Positions 1 through 8,912 of a stretch of 64,000 bases of DNA are shown one piece after another. The stretch comes from a virus. How positions within the stretch are numbered: position 1 is the stretch's first letter; every line of letters starts with the position of its first letter. The stretch covers positions 32,001 to 96,000 of the IMG/VR virus record IMGVR_UViG_3300037826_000058; one strand, given 5' to 3'. The notes under the pieces are model-generated. The model ran no database searches, was not told the origin of the DNA, and saw only the letters and a list, made by a program, of their open reading frames with translations. Position numbers and translations under genes: made by a program.

Positions 1-750
1 ATCCTGCTATACACCAAGAAAATCGCCTCGCTGAAAGAAATTCAAGCCCAAACAAAGGTCTTCGACGGAGAACGGTCAGAGATTGACCATCTCCGAGAAG
101 AGGCGGTCAAGGCAGCCGAAGAGTGGGCAGCGCTAGAACAACCGTTGGAGAATGCCAAAGCCCTCCAACGGTTGCAAGAAGTCAACCGTGAAGAGGCCAA
201 CAAAGTCATAGACGGTGCTTCCAGGGTGCTCCGGATAGAGCGCCCAGAGGACACAAAGGTTGTCAATATGGCAACCGATGTGAAAGTGACGGGCACCTAC
301 TACAACGAAGTAACCTTCCAGACCTCGATGTCCATTGAGGTTCTGGGGGCACACCTAGAACCTATCCTGAAGGCCGTCAAGGAGAACAGCAGCCGTGGCG
401 GTGGTGATGGTGAAAAGGACTTCGAGAAGGAACGGGAACTGGAGGTTGTAGACTGGGGGACAGTCTGGTTTGACCCCCAAGACTTGTGGGAAGCGCTGAA
501 GCACCTAGGGGCCAACGACTCGGTAAGACTGGTTTCAAGCGACTTAAACACAGAGTTCGATGCCGTTATCCGCACCGGCAACCTGCGGGATTTCATCCGG
601 GTCGCCAAAGGACAACGGCAAGGAGTGGAGGCCACCACCAACGAGAGTGGCGCCCTTGTATTCAAGGGCGAAACCGACGACGGGATGCGTTACGTAACGT
701 CTTGGGTATCCCAAGACGAGGAACCCAAGGCAACAGTCACATTCAAATAA
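1..750 (+). CDS. hypothetical protein, 5'-truncated by window edge
   Basis: Frame of ORF 145..750 stays open back to base 1; a consensus promoter follows directly. Confidence 0.7.
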   Translation: MLLYTKKIASLKEIQAQTKVFDGERSEIDHLREEAVKAAEEWAALEQPLENAKALQRLQEVNREEANKVIDGASRVLRIERPEDTKVVNMATDVKVTGTYYNEVTFQTSMSIEVLGAHLEPILKAVKENSSRGGGDGEKDFEKERELEVVDWGTVWFDPQDLWEALKHLGANDSVRLVSSDLNTEFDAVIRTGNLRDFIRVAKGQRQGVEATTNESGALVFKGETDDGMRYVTSWVSQDEEPKATVTFK

Positions 751-751
751 C

Positions 752-780
752 TTGACAAACCGCCCAAGATGTGTTATACT
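752..780 (+). promoter_or_regulatory. sigma70-type promoter
   Basis: TTGACA-17nt-TATACT with TGn extension, then AAAGGAGAG RBS and ATG at 804. Confidence 0.85.
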
Positions 781-803
781 TGGGCAACAGAAAGGAGAGA
801 GAC

Positions 804-1244
804 ATGGCTCATATATTTAAGACGCCGTTTGGGGTAAAAGTAGACAACCTTCTGAAAAGACTACGCCGGAAACGGCGACCCCACCCTACGGCACAAGACT
901 GGTACGATAACAACACTTGCCCGGCGTGCGGGCGGGTGAACAACACGGGCAAACTGTGCCAGAACGTGACGCGCTGCAAACTGTGCGGCGCGGTTCAATG
1001 CCAGAATCCGGGTGGCACGTGCAAGCTGTGCGGGGTGGGTTTGCTAGCCGGGTACTACACCCACGATGACCCCTGCGATTATGCAGGGTGTGATAACGAG
1101 GGTGTGGCCCGTGGCAAACGCGGAAAGAAGCGGGTGTGTTGGAAGCACGCCCGACACCAGTATGGAGAGGATATACCGTCAGACGAAGAAGTCCAAGCCG
1201 CCATGCACACTTGGACGTGGAAGGAGGCCATCAATGAAGCCTAA
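804..1244 (+). CDS. Cys-rich zinc-binding hypothetical protein
   Basis: Multiple CxxC pairs; RBS-supported ATG start. Confidence 0.7.
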   Translation: MAHIFKTPFGVKVDNLLKRLRRKRRPHPTAQDWYDNNTCPACGRVNNTGKLCQNVTRCKLCGAVQCQNPGGTCKLCGVGLLAGYYTHDDPCDYAGCDNEGVARGKRGKKRVCWKHARHQYGEDIPSDEEVQAAMHTWTWKEAINEA

Positions 1245-1524
1245 AAAAGACATAGACATCTGGGACATCCTCATAGACGCCACGATGAGGGTTACTATCA
1301 GAACCCTCTTGGAAAACAACGAGGAAATTGATAAAGGCAAATTGGTGAACGCCATTCGCCAGGAGGTCAGGGGAGCAATCCCCCGCCTGATGGATGAGTG
1401 GAGCGATATGCTAGAAGTCAACCTGAACGAGTTATGGCTACGAAGGGCGGTCAACATTCAAGCCCACGAGCTGGCCGCCCAGTCCATTCAAGTTTACCAC
1501 GAAAGGAAAGGAAAAGATGATTAA
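1234..1524 (+). CDS. hypothetical protein
   Basis: AAGGAGG RBS before ATG (MKPKKDIDIW...), overlaps upstream gene. Confidence 0.65.
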   Translation: MKPKKDIDIWDILIDATMRVTIRTLLENNEEIDKGKLVNAIRQEVRGAIPRLMDEWSDMLEVNLNELWLRRAVNIQAHELAAQSIQVYHERKGKDD

Positions 1525-2386
1525 GGAGCTCGAAAATAGGTTTCCTGAAACGCAGTTTATCCTAGACGAGGGCGGACTAGCCGCCATGCGCGGGGATGAC
1601 CACGCCGAAATCCCCGACCCCAATTTTTACGGCGACCTAGACGCACTGGCGCGGGAAATCCGACGCCAGTTTGATTCTCAGACCTTGGAAGAATACGTCC
1701 GGAACAAATACCCTAGCCCCAAACCGAACGACAGCGACTGGGAGTTTTACTCCCAGTGGGGCTACAACGAGTGGTTAAAACGACGGTTTAAGAAGAACCT
1801 GGAACAGCTATGCATCTTGCATAGCCATGAGCACAACATGACGCAAGCGGGGCAATTCCTTGAGGGGAAGGGGGCAGAATCCCTCAAGGGTTGTCCAATC
1901 GTTAGGGCGAGGGGGATTGTGTCCCGCTTCTTAATGGGACGCGCCCATAAGGGAAGCACGGGCATCGCCCTGTGGAAAACCGCAGAAGGTGAAGTGTTTT
2001 GCTGGTTCCCTTCAGCAGCAGGGATGCTTTCCAAGGTCGGGGTGATGGGCCTGTTTGACCCCGACGAGGTAGAATTCGTTGGGGAGCACTTCAAGGACAT
2101 CCAGCACCTTGAAAGTTTCCATAGCCCCGTGGGCATTGCCCACAGGTTCGAGACCCACGAGAAATTTGTCACGTTCCCCAACGACGACGAAGTTTACTAC
2201 GTGTTTAGGTCGCACGGGGACTATTGCCAGAGATACACCTTTTGGGTGGCCCCCGCCGAAGAGGGCACCACCGTAAAGTATCTTGTGCCCCAAGTATCGA
2301 AAGGGAACCAGAAGCAAAAGTATCTGAAACTCAAGGATTTCCCTCAAATTGAGGTGGTCGCCGACAAGGGGGAAAGAAAAGATTAA
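1517..2386 (+). CDS. hypothetical protein (289 aa)
   Basis: Long ORF, GGAAAGGA RBS, coupled to both neighbours. Confidence 0.75.
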   Translation: MIKELENRFPETQFILDEGGLAAMRGDDHAEIPDPNFYGDLDALAREIRRQFDSQTLEEYVRNKYPSPKPNDSDWEFYSQWGYNEWLKRRFKKNLEQLCILHSHEHNMTQAGQFLEGKGAESLKGCPIVRARGIVSRFLMGRAHKGSTGIALWKTAEGEVFCWFPSAAGMLSKVGVMGLFDPDEVEFVGEHFKDIQHLESFHSPVGIAHRFETHEKFVTFPNDDEVYYVFRSHGDYCQRYTFWVAPAEEGTTVKYLVPQVSKGNQKQKYLKLKDFPQIEVVADKGERKD

Positions 2387-2583
2387 TGGAATATATAAAG
2401 GGTGAGTTTGACGATGAAAGAGGGGTGGCAAAAGTAGAGCTCACCGATGGAAGCGTCGGTGAATGGGACGGGACTTACTTTTTACCTTTAGAACCATCCC
2501 CGCTACGTTGCAAGTATTGCGGGGCGGACGTGGAGGAGTCCGCCCTGTGCCCCTATTGCGGGCACGACGTAGGGGCATACTAG
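2386..2583 (+). CDS. small zinc-ribbon protein
   Basis: CKYC...CPYC; TAATG coupling. Confidence 0.65.
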   Translation: MEYIKGEFDDERGVAKVELTDGSVGEWDGTYFLPLEPSPLRCKYCGADVEESALCPYCGHDVGAY

Positions 2584-2619
2584 TAGCAACCGGCCCACCT
2601 TCGGGTGGGCGATCACGAG

Positions 2620-2636
2620 TGTAACATGATGTTACA
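2620..2636. promoter_or_regulatory. 17-bp palindrome TGTAACAT-N-ATGTTACA, copy 1
   Basis: Perfect palindrome (21 bp with flanks); same core at 11779 and 39241. Confidence 0.6.
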
Positions 2637-2662
2637 CTAAAACCTAAAGGGAAGGGGAGTGT

Positions 2663-3718
2663 ATGGACGCCACAGCAATGAGAATCGAAGAGGTGTGCCG
2701 TGACCTTTACCGGCCCGTCACGGTGTTTGATATAGAACGTGGCCCACAGGCCACGACGTACTATATCAGCGCCGAAAGGCGCATCTTAGCAAGCGGTAAA
2801 CCCGGAAAACTAACACGCCTAAGCACACTGGGCCGCTACGCCGAGGACATCGGCGCGGCCTTGGGCGTGGCTGGTGTCCAAGTAACCGTGAACGGGCACG
2901 CCGCAATTATTGTGCCCAAGAAGCGGTCAGAAATAATACAACTTGAAAGCATCACTCCCCCCACGGGCTTCATTCCCATTGCCCTAGGGGTGGGCTTAGA
3001 AAATCAAACAGTGTCAGTTGACCTAGGGGGGAATGATCCCCACCTAATGGTCGCTGGGGCCACAGGTTCCGGCAAGTCGGTGGCGTTGCATAACGCCATC
3101 GGGCAACTGGCGGGGCGCTTCTCCCCTGACGAGTTAGGTTTCGTCTTCATCGACGTTAAGCGTGTCGAAATGGCGAGCTATCGCTATATGCCCCACAATC
3201 TGGCGCGGGGTAAGGCGATAGACACTGCCGAAAAAGCAGTAGAGGCGGTGAGTGCATTGGTAACGGAAACGGAAAGCCGTTACCAGAAGATGCAGCGCCA
3301 GGGAGCACGACACATTGCACAGATGCAAATGAAGCGTATTATCCTTGTTGTAGATGAGCTTGCCGACTTGCTCCTCTACGACAGGGGTTTAAGAAAAGAA
3401 ATCGAAGAAGCGCTAGTAAGGTTGGCCCAAATCGGACGGGCTGCTGGGGTTCACGTAATTGTTGCTACCCAGCGCCCCAGCGCCGATGTCGTAACAGGCA
3501 TCTTGAAGGCAAATATCCCCACCCGCATTGCCTTCAAGGTGGCAACTGGAGTAGACAGCAGGGTTATCCTTGACCAGTCCGGGGCTGAAAGGCTTCAGGG
3601 GGCTGGTGACGGGCTGCTGTTGAAAGAGGGTCAGTTAACACGCTTCCAAGGCGTGTTAGCTAAGCCTCAAGAATACGAGCGCCCTAGTTTTTTCAAGCGC
3701 ATCTTTGGGGGAGGATGA
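2663..3718 (+). CDS. FtsK/SpoIIIE-domain ATPase
   Basis: PHLMVAGATGSGKS Walker A, LVVDELADL Walker B, RAAGVHVIVATQRPS, SRVILDQSGAERL. Confidence 0.92.
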   Translation: MDATAMRIEEVCRDLYRPVTVFDIERGPQATTYYISAERRILASGKPGKLTRLSTLGRYAEDIGAALGVAGVQVTVNGHAAIIVPKKRSEIIQLESITPPTGFIPIALGVGLENQTVSVDLGGNDPHLMVAGATGSGKSVALHNAIGQLAGRFSPDELGFVFIDVKRVEMASYRYMPHNLARGKAIDTAEKAVEAVSALVTETESRYQKMQRQGARHIAQMQMKRIILVVDELADLLLYDRGLRKEIEEALVRLAQIGRAAGVHVIVATQRPSADVVTGILKANIPTRIAFKVATGVDSRVILDQSGAERLQGAGDGLLLKEGQLTRFQGVLAKPQEYERPSFFKRIFGGG

Positions 3719-3719
3719 A

Positions 3720-4061
3720 ATGAACAACATCGTCTACGAAATTAACGAAGACTGGAAAGAGCACTCTTGGGGGATGCTAGAATGGTTCCAAGCAAGCATA
3801 GAACCATTCAAGGATGACGCCCCCAGCACAGAACCGAACGACTATGACTATATTCAAGTTATACCTGATGAGTCAGCGTCGGCGTACCCATTCGGAAACG
3901 ACGGAGCACAGGGGTTCCGACACCGAGAAACAGGCTGGACGTTCCCCGACCATTGCAGACAAAACGGGGGACGCCCAGAATTATGGCACCAAGATGATAT
4001 GAACAAACCGCATCTATCAATTAATGGGCCTATCAGTAGTTTCATTGTGAGGGAACTATGA
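3720..4061 (+). CDS. hypothetical protein
   Basis: GGAGG RBS before ATG. Confidence 0.6.
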   Translation: MNNIVYEINEDWKEHSWGMLEWFQASIEPFKDDAPSTEPNDYDYIQVIPDESASAYPFGNDGAQGFRHRETGWTFPDHCRQNGGRPELWHQDDMNKPHLSINGPISSFIVREL

Positions 4062-4279
4062 TTGAAGAAAAGTGGGGTGAGAACTCAATAGCAATCCTAG
4101 ACGAGGAAAATCTAAACCCGGACGGTGAACCCATCATTCTAGCCATCGCTGACGCCGACCCAAGGACACTCCCTAGCGGTTTAGAGTATCCCCGCCGAAC
4201 ATTCAAGATTGAGATACGGACGGGGTGTCCAGAAAGCGTCCAAAAGAGATGCTTGGAATTCATTCGAGAACGAATGTAA
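4058..4279 (+). CDS. hypothetical protein
   Basis: ATGA overlap with upstream gene. Confidence 0.55.
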   Translation: MIEEKWGENSIAILDEENLNPDGEPIILAIADADPRTLPSGLEYPRRTFKIEIRTGCPESVQKRCLEFIRERM

Positions 4280-4288
4280 AGGAGAAAT

Positions 4289-4552
4289 ATGTTTCAAGAA
4301 AAGATTCTCGTAAGCGGTGATTTACATCAAGCACAGAATAGTGCTTGGTACGGAAACGTTAGCATCACTGTCAAAGAATTCCTCGACGGTGGTGACCTGG
4401 ACATCAAGGAAGCGGTTGACAAATTTATAGCCGCCTATCCAAATGTGTTCGGTGAGCACGCACCGGTCTACAAGATGGAAATGACCGGCAGCACCCACTC
4501 GCTCAGGGAATTGCTAGTCGGATACCTAGAGCGTATTACCGAGGAGGAGTGA
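4289..4552 (+). CDS. hypothetical protein
   Basis: AAGGAG RBS. Confidence 0.65.
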   Translation: MFQEKILVSGDLHQAQNSAWYGNVSITVKEFLDGGDLDIKEAVDKFIAAYPNVFGEHAPVYKMEMTGSTHSLRELLVGYLERITEEE

Positions 4553-4983
4553 TGAAGAAATTACCGAACGGTCTAAGGGTCTTCAACGCCACACCTCACC
4601 CCGTCCGCTTTTGGCGAGAAGGGTGGGAGAAGCCAGTCGAAGTCAAACCCGACGAGGTTATATCAGCCGACGTTAAAGAGAAACTGGCGGGGTACATATC
4701 CTGCCCAACGTGCGGGCGCAAGGTAGAACACGAATATGACTGCCCAAACAACGTGCCTAGCACCCCCATCAAGACCGTAAAAACGGTCTTCAATCCCACC
4801 GACGCCGGAGGAGAAATCATCCGGCGGGCCAAAGAGGGTGGCGCTGACGTGATTGTGGGGTCTATTATCGCCGCCCAAGCGTACCCAGGGCAGGTGATCG
4901 CAATGACACCGGCCCCAGGATACGAACGCGTACCGCCCGCCCAAAAGCGGGTAAACCCGGATAAGTTTACTGTATTTGAGTAA
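4549..4983 (+). CDS. conserved phage hypothetical protein (NxTPH motif)
   Basis: VFNATPHPV N-terminal motif and IVGSIIAAQAY; GAGGAGG RBS. Confidence 0.7.
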   Translation: MMKKLPNGLRVFNATPHPVRFWREGWEKPVEVKPDEVISADVKEKLAGYISCPTCGRKVEHEYDCPNNVPSTPIKTVKTVFNPTDAGGEIIRRAKEGGADVIVGSIIAAQAYPGQVIAMTPAPGYERVPPAQKRVNPDKFTVFE

Positions 4984-4992
4984 CCAACAAAC

Positions 4993-5276
4993 AGGCCCCG
5001 CTCGCCCACAGCGGGCGGGGCAATAGAAAGGGAGAGACAAGTGCCAAAAATTTCAATAGGAGATAAGGTCAGGATAAAGGAATCGCCCTTCGCAGAAGAT
5101 GAAGACCGAGTGCCTCTACCGGTAGATGAAGGATGGGAGGGGTACGTTGAGGCCAAAGGGGTTTGTGGATATACTTTCATAGTAGGCGGCTATGGCTTTT
5201 TCGCGGACGAGGTTGTCCGCGTAGAAGACTGACAATTTAGCATAGGCCCCGCTCGCCCAACAAGCGGGCGGGGCAA
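4993..5276 (+). repeat. two near-identical GC-rich hairpins (4993-5023, 5244-5276) flanking one small ORF
   Basis: AGGCCCCGCTCGCCCA(C/ACA)AGCGGGCGGGGCAA duplicated; no U-tract. Confidence 0.8.
5041..5232 (+). CDS. small KOW/SH3-like hypothetical protein
   Basis: ISIGDKVRIK start; GGGAG RBS. Confidence 0.6.
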   Translation: MPKISIGDKVRIKESPFAEDEDRVPLPVDEGWEGYVEAKGVCGYTFIVGGYGFFADEVVRVED

Positions 5277-5287
5277 AGGAAAAGAAC

Positions 5288-5485
5288 ATGATTCTTTCAG
5301 AAAACAAGTATCATTACATACAGGAGAACCGCTTGCTATGTGGTCTCCCCATTCCAAGGGGGGCAAACGGGCGAACGCTAATCGACAGAACAACCGTGAA
5401 AAAGCGTAGCGAACTTTTCCATGGAGAGATTTGCCCAAAGTGTCGCGCCCTCAAGAGTACCGCTGACCAAGTTATCTACCGATAG
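5288..5485 (+). CDS. small Cys/His hypothetical protein
   Basis: H...LCG...CPKC; AAGGA RBS. Confidence 0.55.
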   Translation: MILSENKYHYIQENRLLCGLPIPRGANGRTLIDRTTVKKRSELFHGEICPKCRALKSTADQVIYR

Positions 5486-5496
5486 ACACGAGAAGC

Positions 5497-5525
5497 TTGA
5501 CAAAGCAAGGCGCTTGGTATATCAT
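5497..5525 (+). promoter_or_regulatory. sigma70-type promoter
   Basis: TTGACA-17nt-TATCAT. Confidence 0.75.
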
Positions 5526-5536
5526 AGGGGGTGATT

Positions 5537-5968
5537 ATGAAATGCGATTGCTGTTACGGTGAAGCAAGCAGGTTACATCTAGTTTACACGGGGTGTCCCT
5601 CCCAGGCATACGAGAGATATTGCACCCCGTGTTGGGAACCCCTCAAAGAGGACATCAAAAACACCACAGTGCCAAAAATTCAAGCAATATTGGACGCCTA
5701 CGAGGACACCACCGGTCACCCCTACTATAGGGCGGGTGACTTGGAAGACATCCGGTACGTGAAGGGTTGGTATCCTCTTCGCATTGGAAACCTAGGATTG
5801 AGAAGGGGGTTAGTAGGCTTTCCCTTCGAGGGGGCAATCATCGAGGTCAGTATCTCCAACCCCGAAGCAGCGCAAAAAATAATTCAAGAAGAGCAGAGAA
5901 TCCGAGAAGGCATGGTGCAAGACTATCACAACTTGTGCCATGCCTTTTCGCATTCTTGCGAAAGGTAA
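5537..5968 (+). CDS. zinc-finger hypothetical protein
   Basis: CDCC...CTPC; downstream of promoter. Confidence 0.65.
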   Translation: MKCDCCYGEASRLHLVYTGCPSQAYERYCTPCWEPLKEDIKNTTVPKIQAILDAYEDTTGHPYYRAGDLEDIRYVKGWYPLRIGNLGLRRGLVGFPFEGAIIEVSISNPEAAQKIIQEEQRIREGMVQDYHNLCHAFSHSCER

Positions 5969-5974
5969 ATTAAA

Positions 5975-6525
5975 TATTAAATGGGTGGCGGCCCTTATCA
6001 CGCCAGCTACACGGCGAAGCTGCTTAAACACCGTGACTGTCTCTGAAAGCATCCCTTGGGAATCTCCGATTAACCTGGGGTGTAGGTGCCAACTAATTCC
6101 TTTCGCTTCCTAGCGGGAGCGAGCCGCGTTGGTCAGCGCTTTTTCTCTCAAGGACTAGAGTGTTCCTCTTCGGTCTGAGAAAAAGTGAACCGAAAGTGTA
6201 GGGCGCTTCAAGCCCCCCCATATCCTCCAACTAGATGGGGTTCGCCACAGAAGGCGATACAAGCGAGTAGGGGTGCAATGCTCAAACGACCTCACTTTGC
6301 AACGAGCCTTGTGTCCGCTATGCCTAGAGCAAAATCAATTGGCGGGGGAGATGGTATAGGCGGCGATTCTTGCTTTTTGTTTGCAAGAGAATCTGGAATT
6401 GGGCACAAATATCGCAACCGCAAACTGCATGGGAGTGGCTTAGGTAATTGAATCCAAGGTTTGAAGGGAGCGGTATTAGTGACACGGGTGGGCATAAAAG
6501 AGATAGGTTATAGCCCGCCCGACAA
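5975..6525 (+). ncRNA. candidate large structured ncRNA (GOLLD/ROOL-like)
   Basis: ~550 nt with no credible ORF; at least 6 stems including a long-range one (6309-6316/6401-6408); G-U wobbles work only on + strand. Confidence 0.6.
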
Positions 6526-6561
6526 TCCAAGAGGGTATAGCAAAAGGATGGTAAGACGCCG

Positions 6562-6990
6562 ATGGGTACAACGATAAGTTCACTCTTGATGATTTGTATT
6601 GCCTTGACAGGCAACGCCACCGTTTGTCTGGAGCAACAATCGGGATACATAATCCAACACGGACAAACGGCTTCTCAGTACGATGCGGGTATTATGCCTA
6701 CCGTCGTACAATATAGATTGGAAGCCGGCGAGGTTGCACCAATAGGTGTTGATGGTTATGTGGCGTACCATGAATGCCAACATATAGGTGCTCTTGTGTT
6801 CCTCAGATTCGACGAGACCGGCTATCGCCCTTATATGATAGCCGACTGCGGTTCACCAGAAGCGAACCAATGGATGAAGGGTGGTGGAATTGTGGTAGAA
6901 GTAGACCACCAAACGGCAAAGCGCCACGGCTTCGTGGGTCGTGGTGCTTCAGTTGATGCAATTATCGTGGAGCCAGGATGGAAGGAATAG
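6562..6990 (+). CDS. secreted RlpA/DPBB-like protein
   Basis: Hydrophobic N-terminus; ASQY...IADC...VEVD pattern resembles double-psi barrel proteins. Confidence 0.45.
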   Translation: MGTTISSLLMICIALTGNATVCLEQQSGYIIQHGQTASQYDAGIMPTVVQYRLEAGEVAPIGVDGYVAYHECQHIGALVFLRFDETGYRPYMIADCGSPEANQWMKGGGIVVEVDHQTAKRHGFVGRGASVDAIIVEPGWKE

Positions 6991-7394
6991 TGGTGTTACT
7001 TGGTATTATCCTCCTAGGCTGCGTACCCGCAGTCATATGGTGGTCAATAGTCTTTGATGGTAACCGCAGAGCGGGGGGGGAGATAGCGTGGTGGAAACCA
7101 TTGTGGCTTTTGGTGTTATACGAGGCTATGATGTCATTTCACCTGCTCGCTTGGGTTGCACAATATCGCCCCACAAACTTCGATACATTGTGGTTGAAGA
7201 TTGCGGTTATAGGGCCTACGGTAATGGGTATAGTGACCGCTGTGCCGGGCTTTGCTGTGGCTCGATTGTGGCCTTGGTACTGGAAAAGTGCGGTGCTTGA
7301 GAAATCCAAGAGAAAGGGGCGGTGGGGTATACTATTCTTAACGGTCGTTCTGGCATTAGGAATAGGGTTAATGGTAGTTGCGCTTAGCTTCTAA
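6978..7394 (+). CDS. multi-pass membrane protein
   Basis: About 4 hydrophobic segments. Confidence 0.7.
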   Translation: MEGIVVLLGIILLGCVPAVIWWSIVFDGNRRAGGEIAWWKPLWLLVLYEAMMSFHLLAWVAQYRPTNFDTLWLKIAVIGPTVMGIVTAVPGFAVARLWPWYWKSAVLEKSKRKGRWGILFLTVVLALGIGLMVVALSF

Positions 7395-7405
7395 GGAGAG
7401 AAAGA

Positions 7406-7699
7406 ATGAACAACTTGGGTCGCTATATCGATAAGGATGAAGTCGTGGTCATCGAGTACGACACCATGGAGGATGAGTACAACAAGGTGTCCGAAAGGTG
7501 CTTTGTCGTCAAGAAGGGGGGAGGAATGACCCCCGACATGCGAGACGAAAGGTTGAAAGGACACTGGCTGGATGATGAATTTCGTCGCTCGACCCTCACG
7601 TTCGGGGGGAATATTTCCCAGAGCGAAACCGAGGCCCTGCAGTCTGACTTAGGGAAAACCCCCTCGATAGAGGAGGTTGAAGACTGGGAACGAGAGTAG
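7406..7699 (+). CDS. hypothetical protein
   Basis: AAGGAG RBS. Confidence 0.65.
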   Translation: MNNLGRYIDKDEVVVIEYDTMEDEYNKVSERCFVVKKGGGMTPDMRDERLKGHWLDDEFRRSTLTFGGNISQSETEALQSDLGKTPSIEEVEDWERE

Positions 7700-7743
7700 G
7701 GAGGACGGGGGGGGGAGACCCCCCGATCATTGTATCGAATCAC

Positions 7744-7772
7744 TTGACAAGGCTGATGTCTTAGTGTATAAT
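7744..7772 (+). promoter_or_regulatory. consensus sigma70 promoter
   Basis: TTGACA-17nt-TATAAT. Confidence 0.88.
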
Positions 7773-7783
7773 AGGTGGTGATT

Positions 7784-8254
7784 ATGAAAACTAAATGGAT
7801 GGAAATGGGACTCACAGAAGAAGAGTTTATCGAAATTTTGGAAGATCGCTCCAGGTGGGAAGAAATCATGGGTGACGGGGGGTATACTTCTGATGGTATA
7901 CATTTCCACTGTCGCCGCTATGGGGTGTCTCACCCTACCGGCCCGTACTCTCCCGCTCAGGATATGAGCCGTGAGGAGTGGGAAGAGTTGCTTGAAGAGG
8001 GGCTAACCGTCTCCGCTATGGCAGATCGGTTGGGTTCGTCGGAGGGCACAATCAGGAAGTATATGGAGGAGGCGGGTCTAGAACCCCCCTCAACCAAATG
8101 GCAAAGGGCGGGATTATCGGAGGAGGAATTGCGGAATCTGTTGGCCCGTCCAATGGATGCTGCAATCCAAGCGGTTCAGGAAGCGACCCGTCATCTTCCT
8201 GACGGGCCGTACTCTTCTCGCCAAGTTTATCGCCTTAAGAAAGAGTTTGTTTAA
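7784..8254 (+). CDS. HTH-containing putative DNA-binding protein
   Basis: LTVSAMADRLGSSEGTIRKYM HTH-like segment; internal repeat KWxxxGL[TS]EEE. Confidence 0.6.
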   Translation: MKTKWMEMGLTEEEFIEILEDRSRWEEIMGDGGYTSDGIHFHCRRYGVSHPTGPYSPAQDMSREEWEELLEEGLTVSAMADRLGSSEGTIRKYMEEAGLEPPSTKWQRAGLSEEELRNLLARPMDAAIQAVQEATRHLPDGPYSSRQVYRLKKEFV

Positions 8255-8374
8255 CCCCAACGCCGAGAGGTTTTTCCTTTCCTTTCCCCTCTCGGCGTGG
8301 AATAATTTAGTTTAATAAGAAAACCACGAGGTAGGCTCCCTGTTTGTGCTTTCAGGAGTCCTAAAGGAGAAAAA

Positions 8375-8626
8375 ATGAGAATTGATTGTGAGTGTGGTGA
8401 CCGAGAGTGCGACTTGGTGCTGGATTTGGAAGCAAAGCGGTATGCTGAGTTAGCCCTGCACAGCTGCCTGGTAGTGCATCCAAGGTGTGCTGCACCACTA
8501 GGGGAGCACAGAAGTGTGTTGGTGTCGTATGAAGATGCTATCCTGGTTGAGGATGAAAGGCTGGTTGAAGTGTTGACCAACCTTGATAAGCAATTTGAAA
8601 AGGTGTATAATATTCTTGGCTTGTAG
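8375..8626 (+). CDS. hypothetical protein
   Basis: AAAGGAG RBS; CECGDREC. Confidence 0.65.
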   Translation: MRIDCECGDRECDLVLDLEAKRYAELALHSCLVVHPRCAAPLGEHRSVLVSYEDAILVEDERLVEVLTNLDKQFEKVYNILGL

Positions 8627-8637
8627 GGGGGGGCAAA

Positions 8638-8808
8638 GTGAAAAACCGTAGTGAACAGCAAGAAAAATGTAAATACTGTGACAACCCTGTGACCGGCAAA
8701 CGTGAACTTTGCCAATACCATCGTGACATGACACAAGCGCTTCAGGATTGGAGGGTAGAAAACGACGAAGAATGGATTGGGCGTTTCGCGAATCTGATGA
8801 GACCTTGA
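8638..8808 (+). CDS. small zinc-finger protein (56 aa, not in ORF track)
   Basis: Read by hand: MKNRSEQQEKCKYCDNPVTGKRELCQYH...; G-rich RBS. Confidence 0.5.
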   Translation: MKNRSEQQEKCKYCDNPVTGKRELCQYHRDMTQALQDWRVENDEEWIGRFANLMRP

Positions 8809-8834
8809 CCAGAGATTAATACCTCTGGTATAGT
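8805..8834 (+). promoter_or_regulatory. promoter upstream of RNR/replication operon
   Basis: TTGACC-18nt-TATAGT with TG extension; spacer carries inverted repeat CCAGAG/CTCTGG. Confidence 0.55.
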
Positions 8835-8853
8835 GAAAGGAGTTTGAGATTAT

Positions 8854-8885
8854 AAGCCCGCTGGCATCCCCGCCGGCGGGCTTTT
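8854..8885 (+). terminator. intrinsic terminator in nrdJ leader
   Basis: AAGCCCGCTGGC/GCCGGCGGGCTTTT stem plus U-tract. Confidence 0.7.
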
Positions 8886-8912
8886 ACCCCCCTAATAAAG
8901 AGGCAAAAAAGT

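Noticed and set aside
6185-6650. Short ORFs within the structured region
   Set aside because: No RBS, atypical composition and mutual overlap; an RNA explains the region better.
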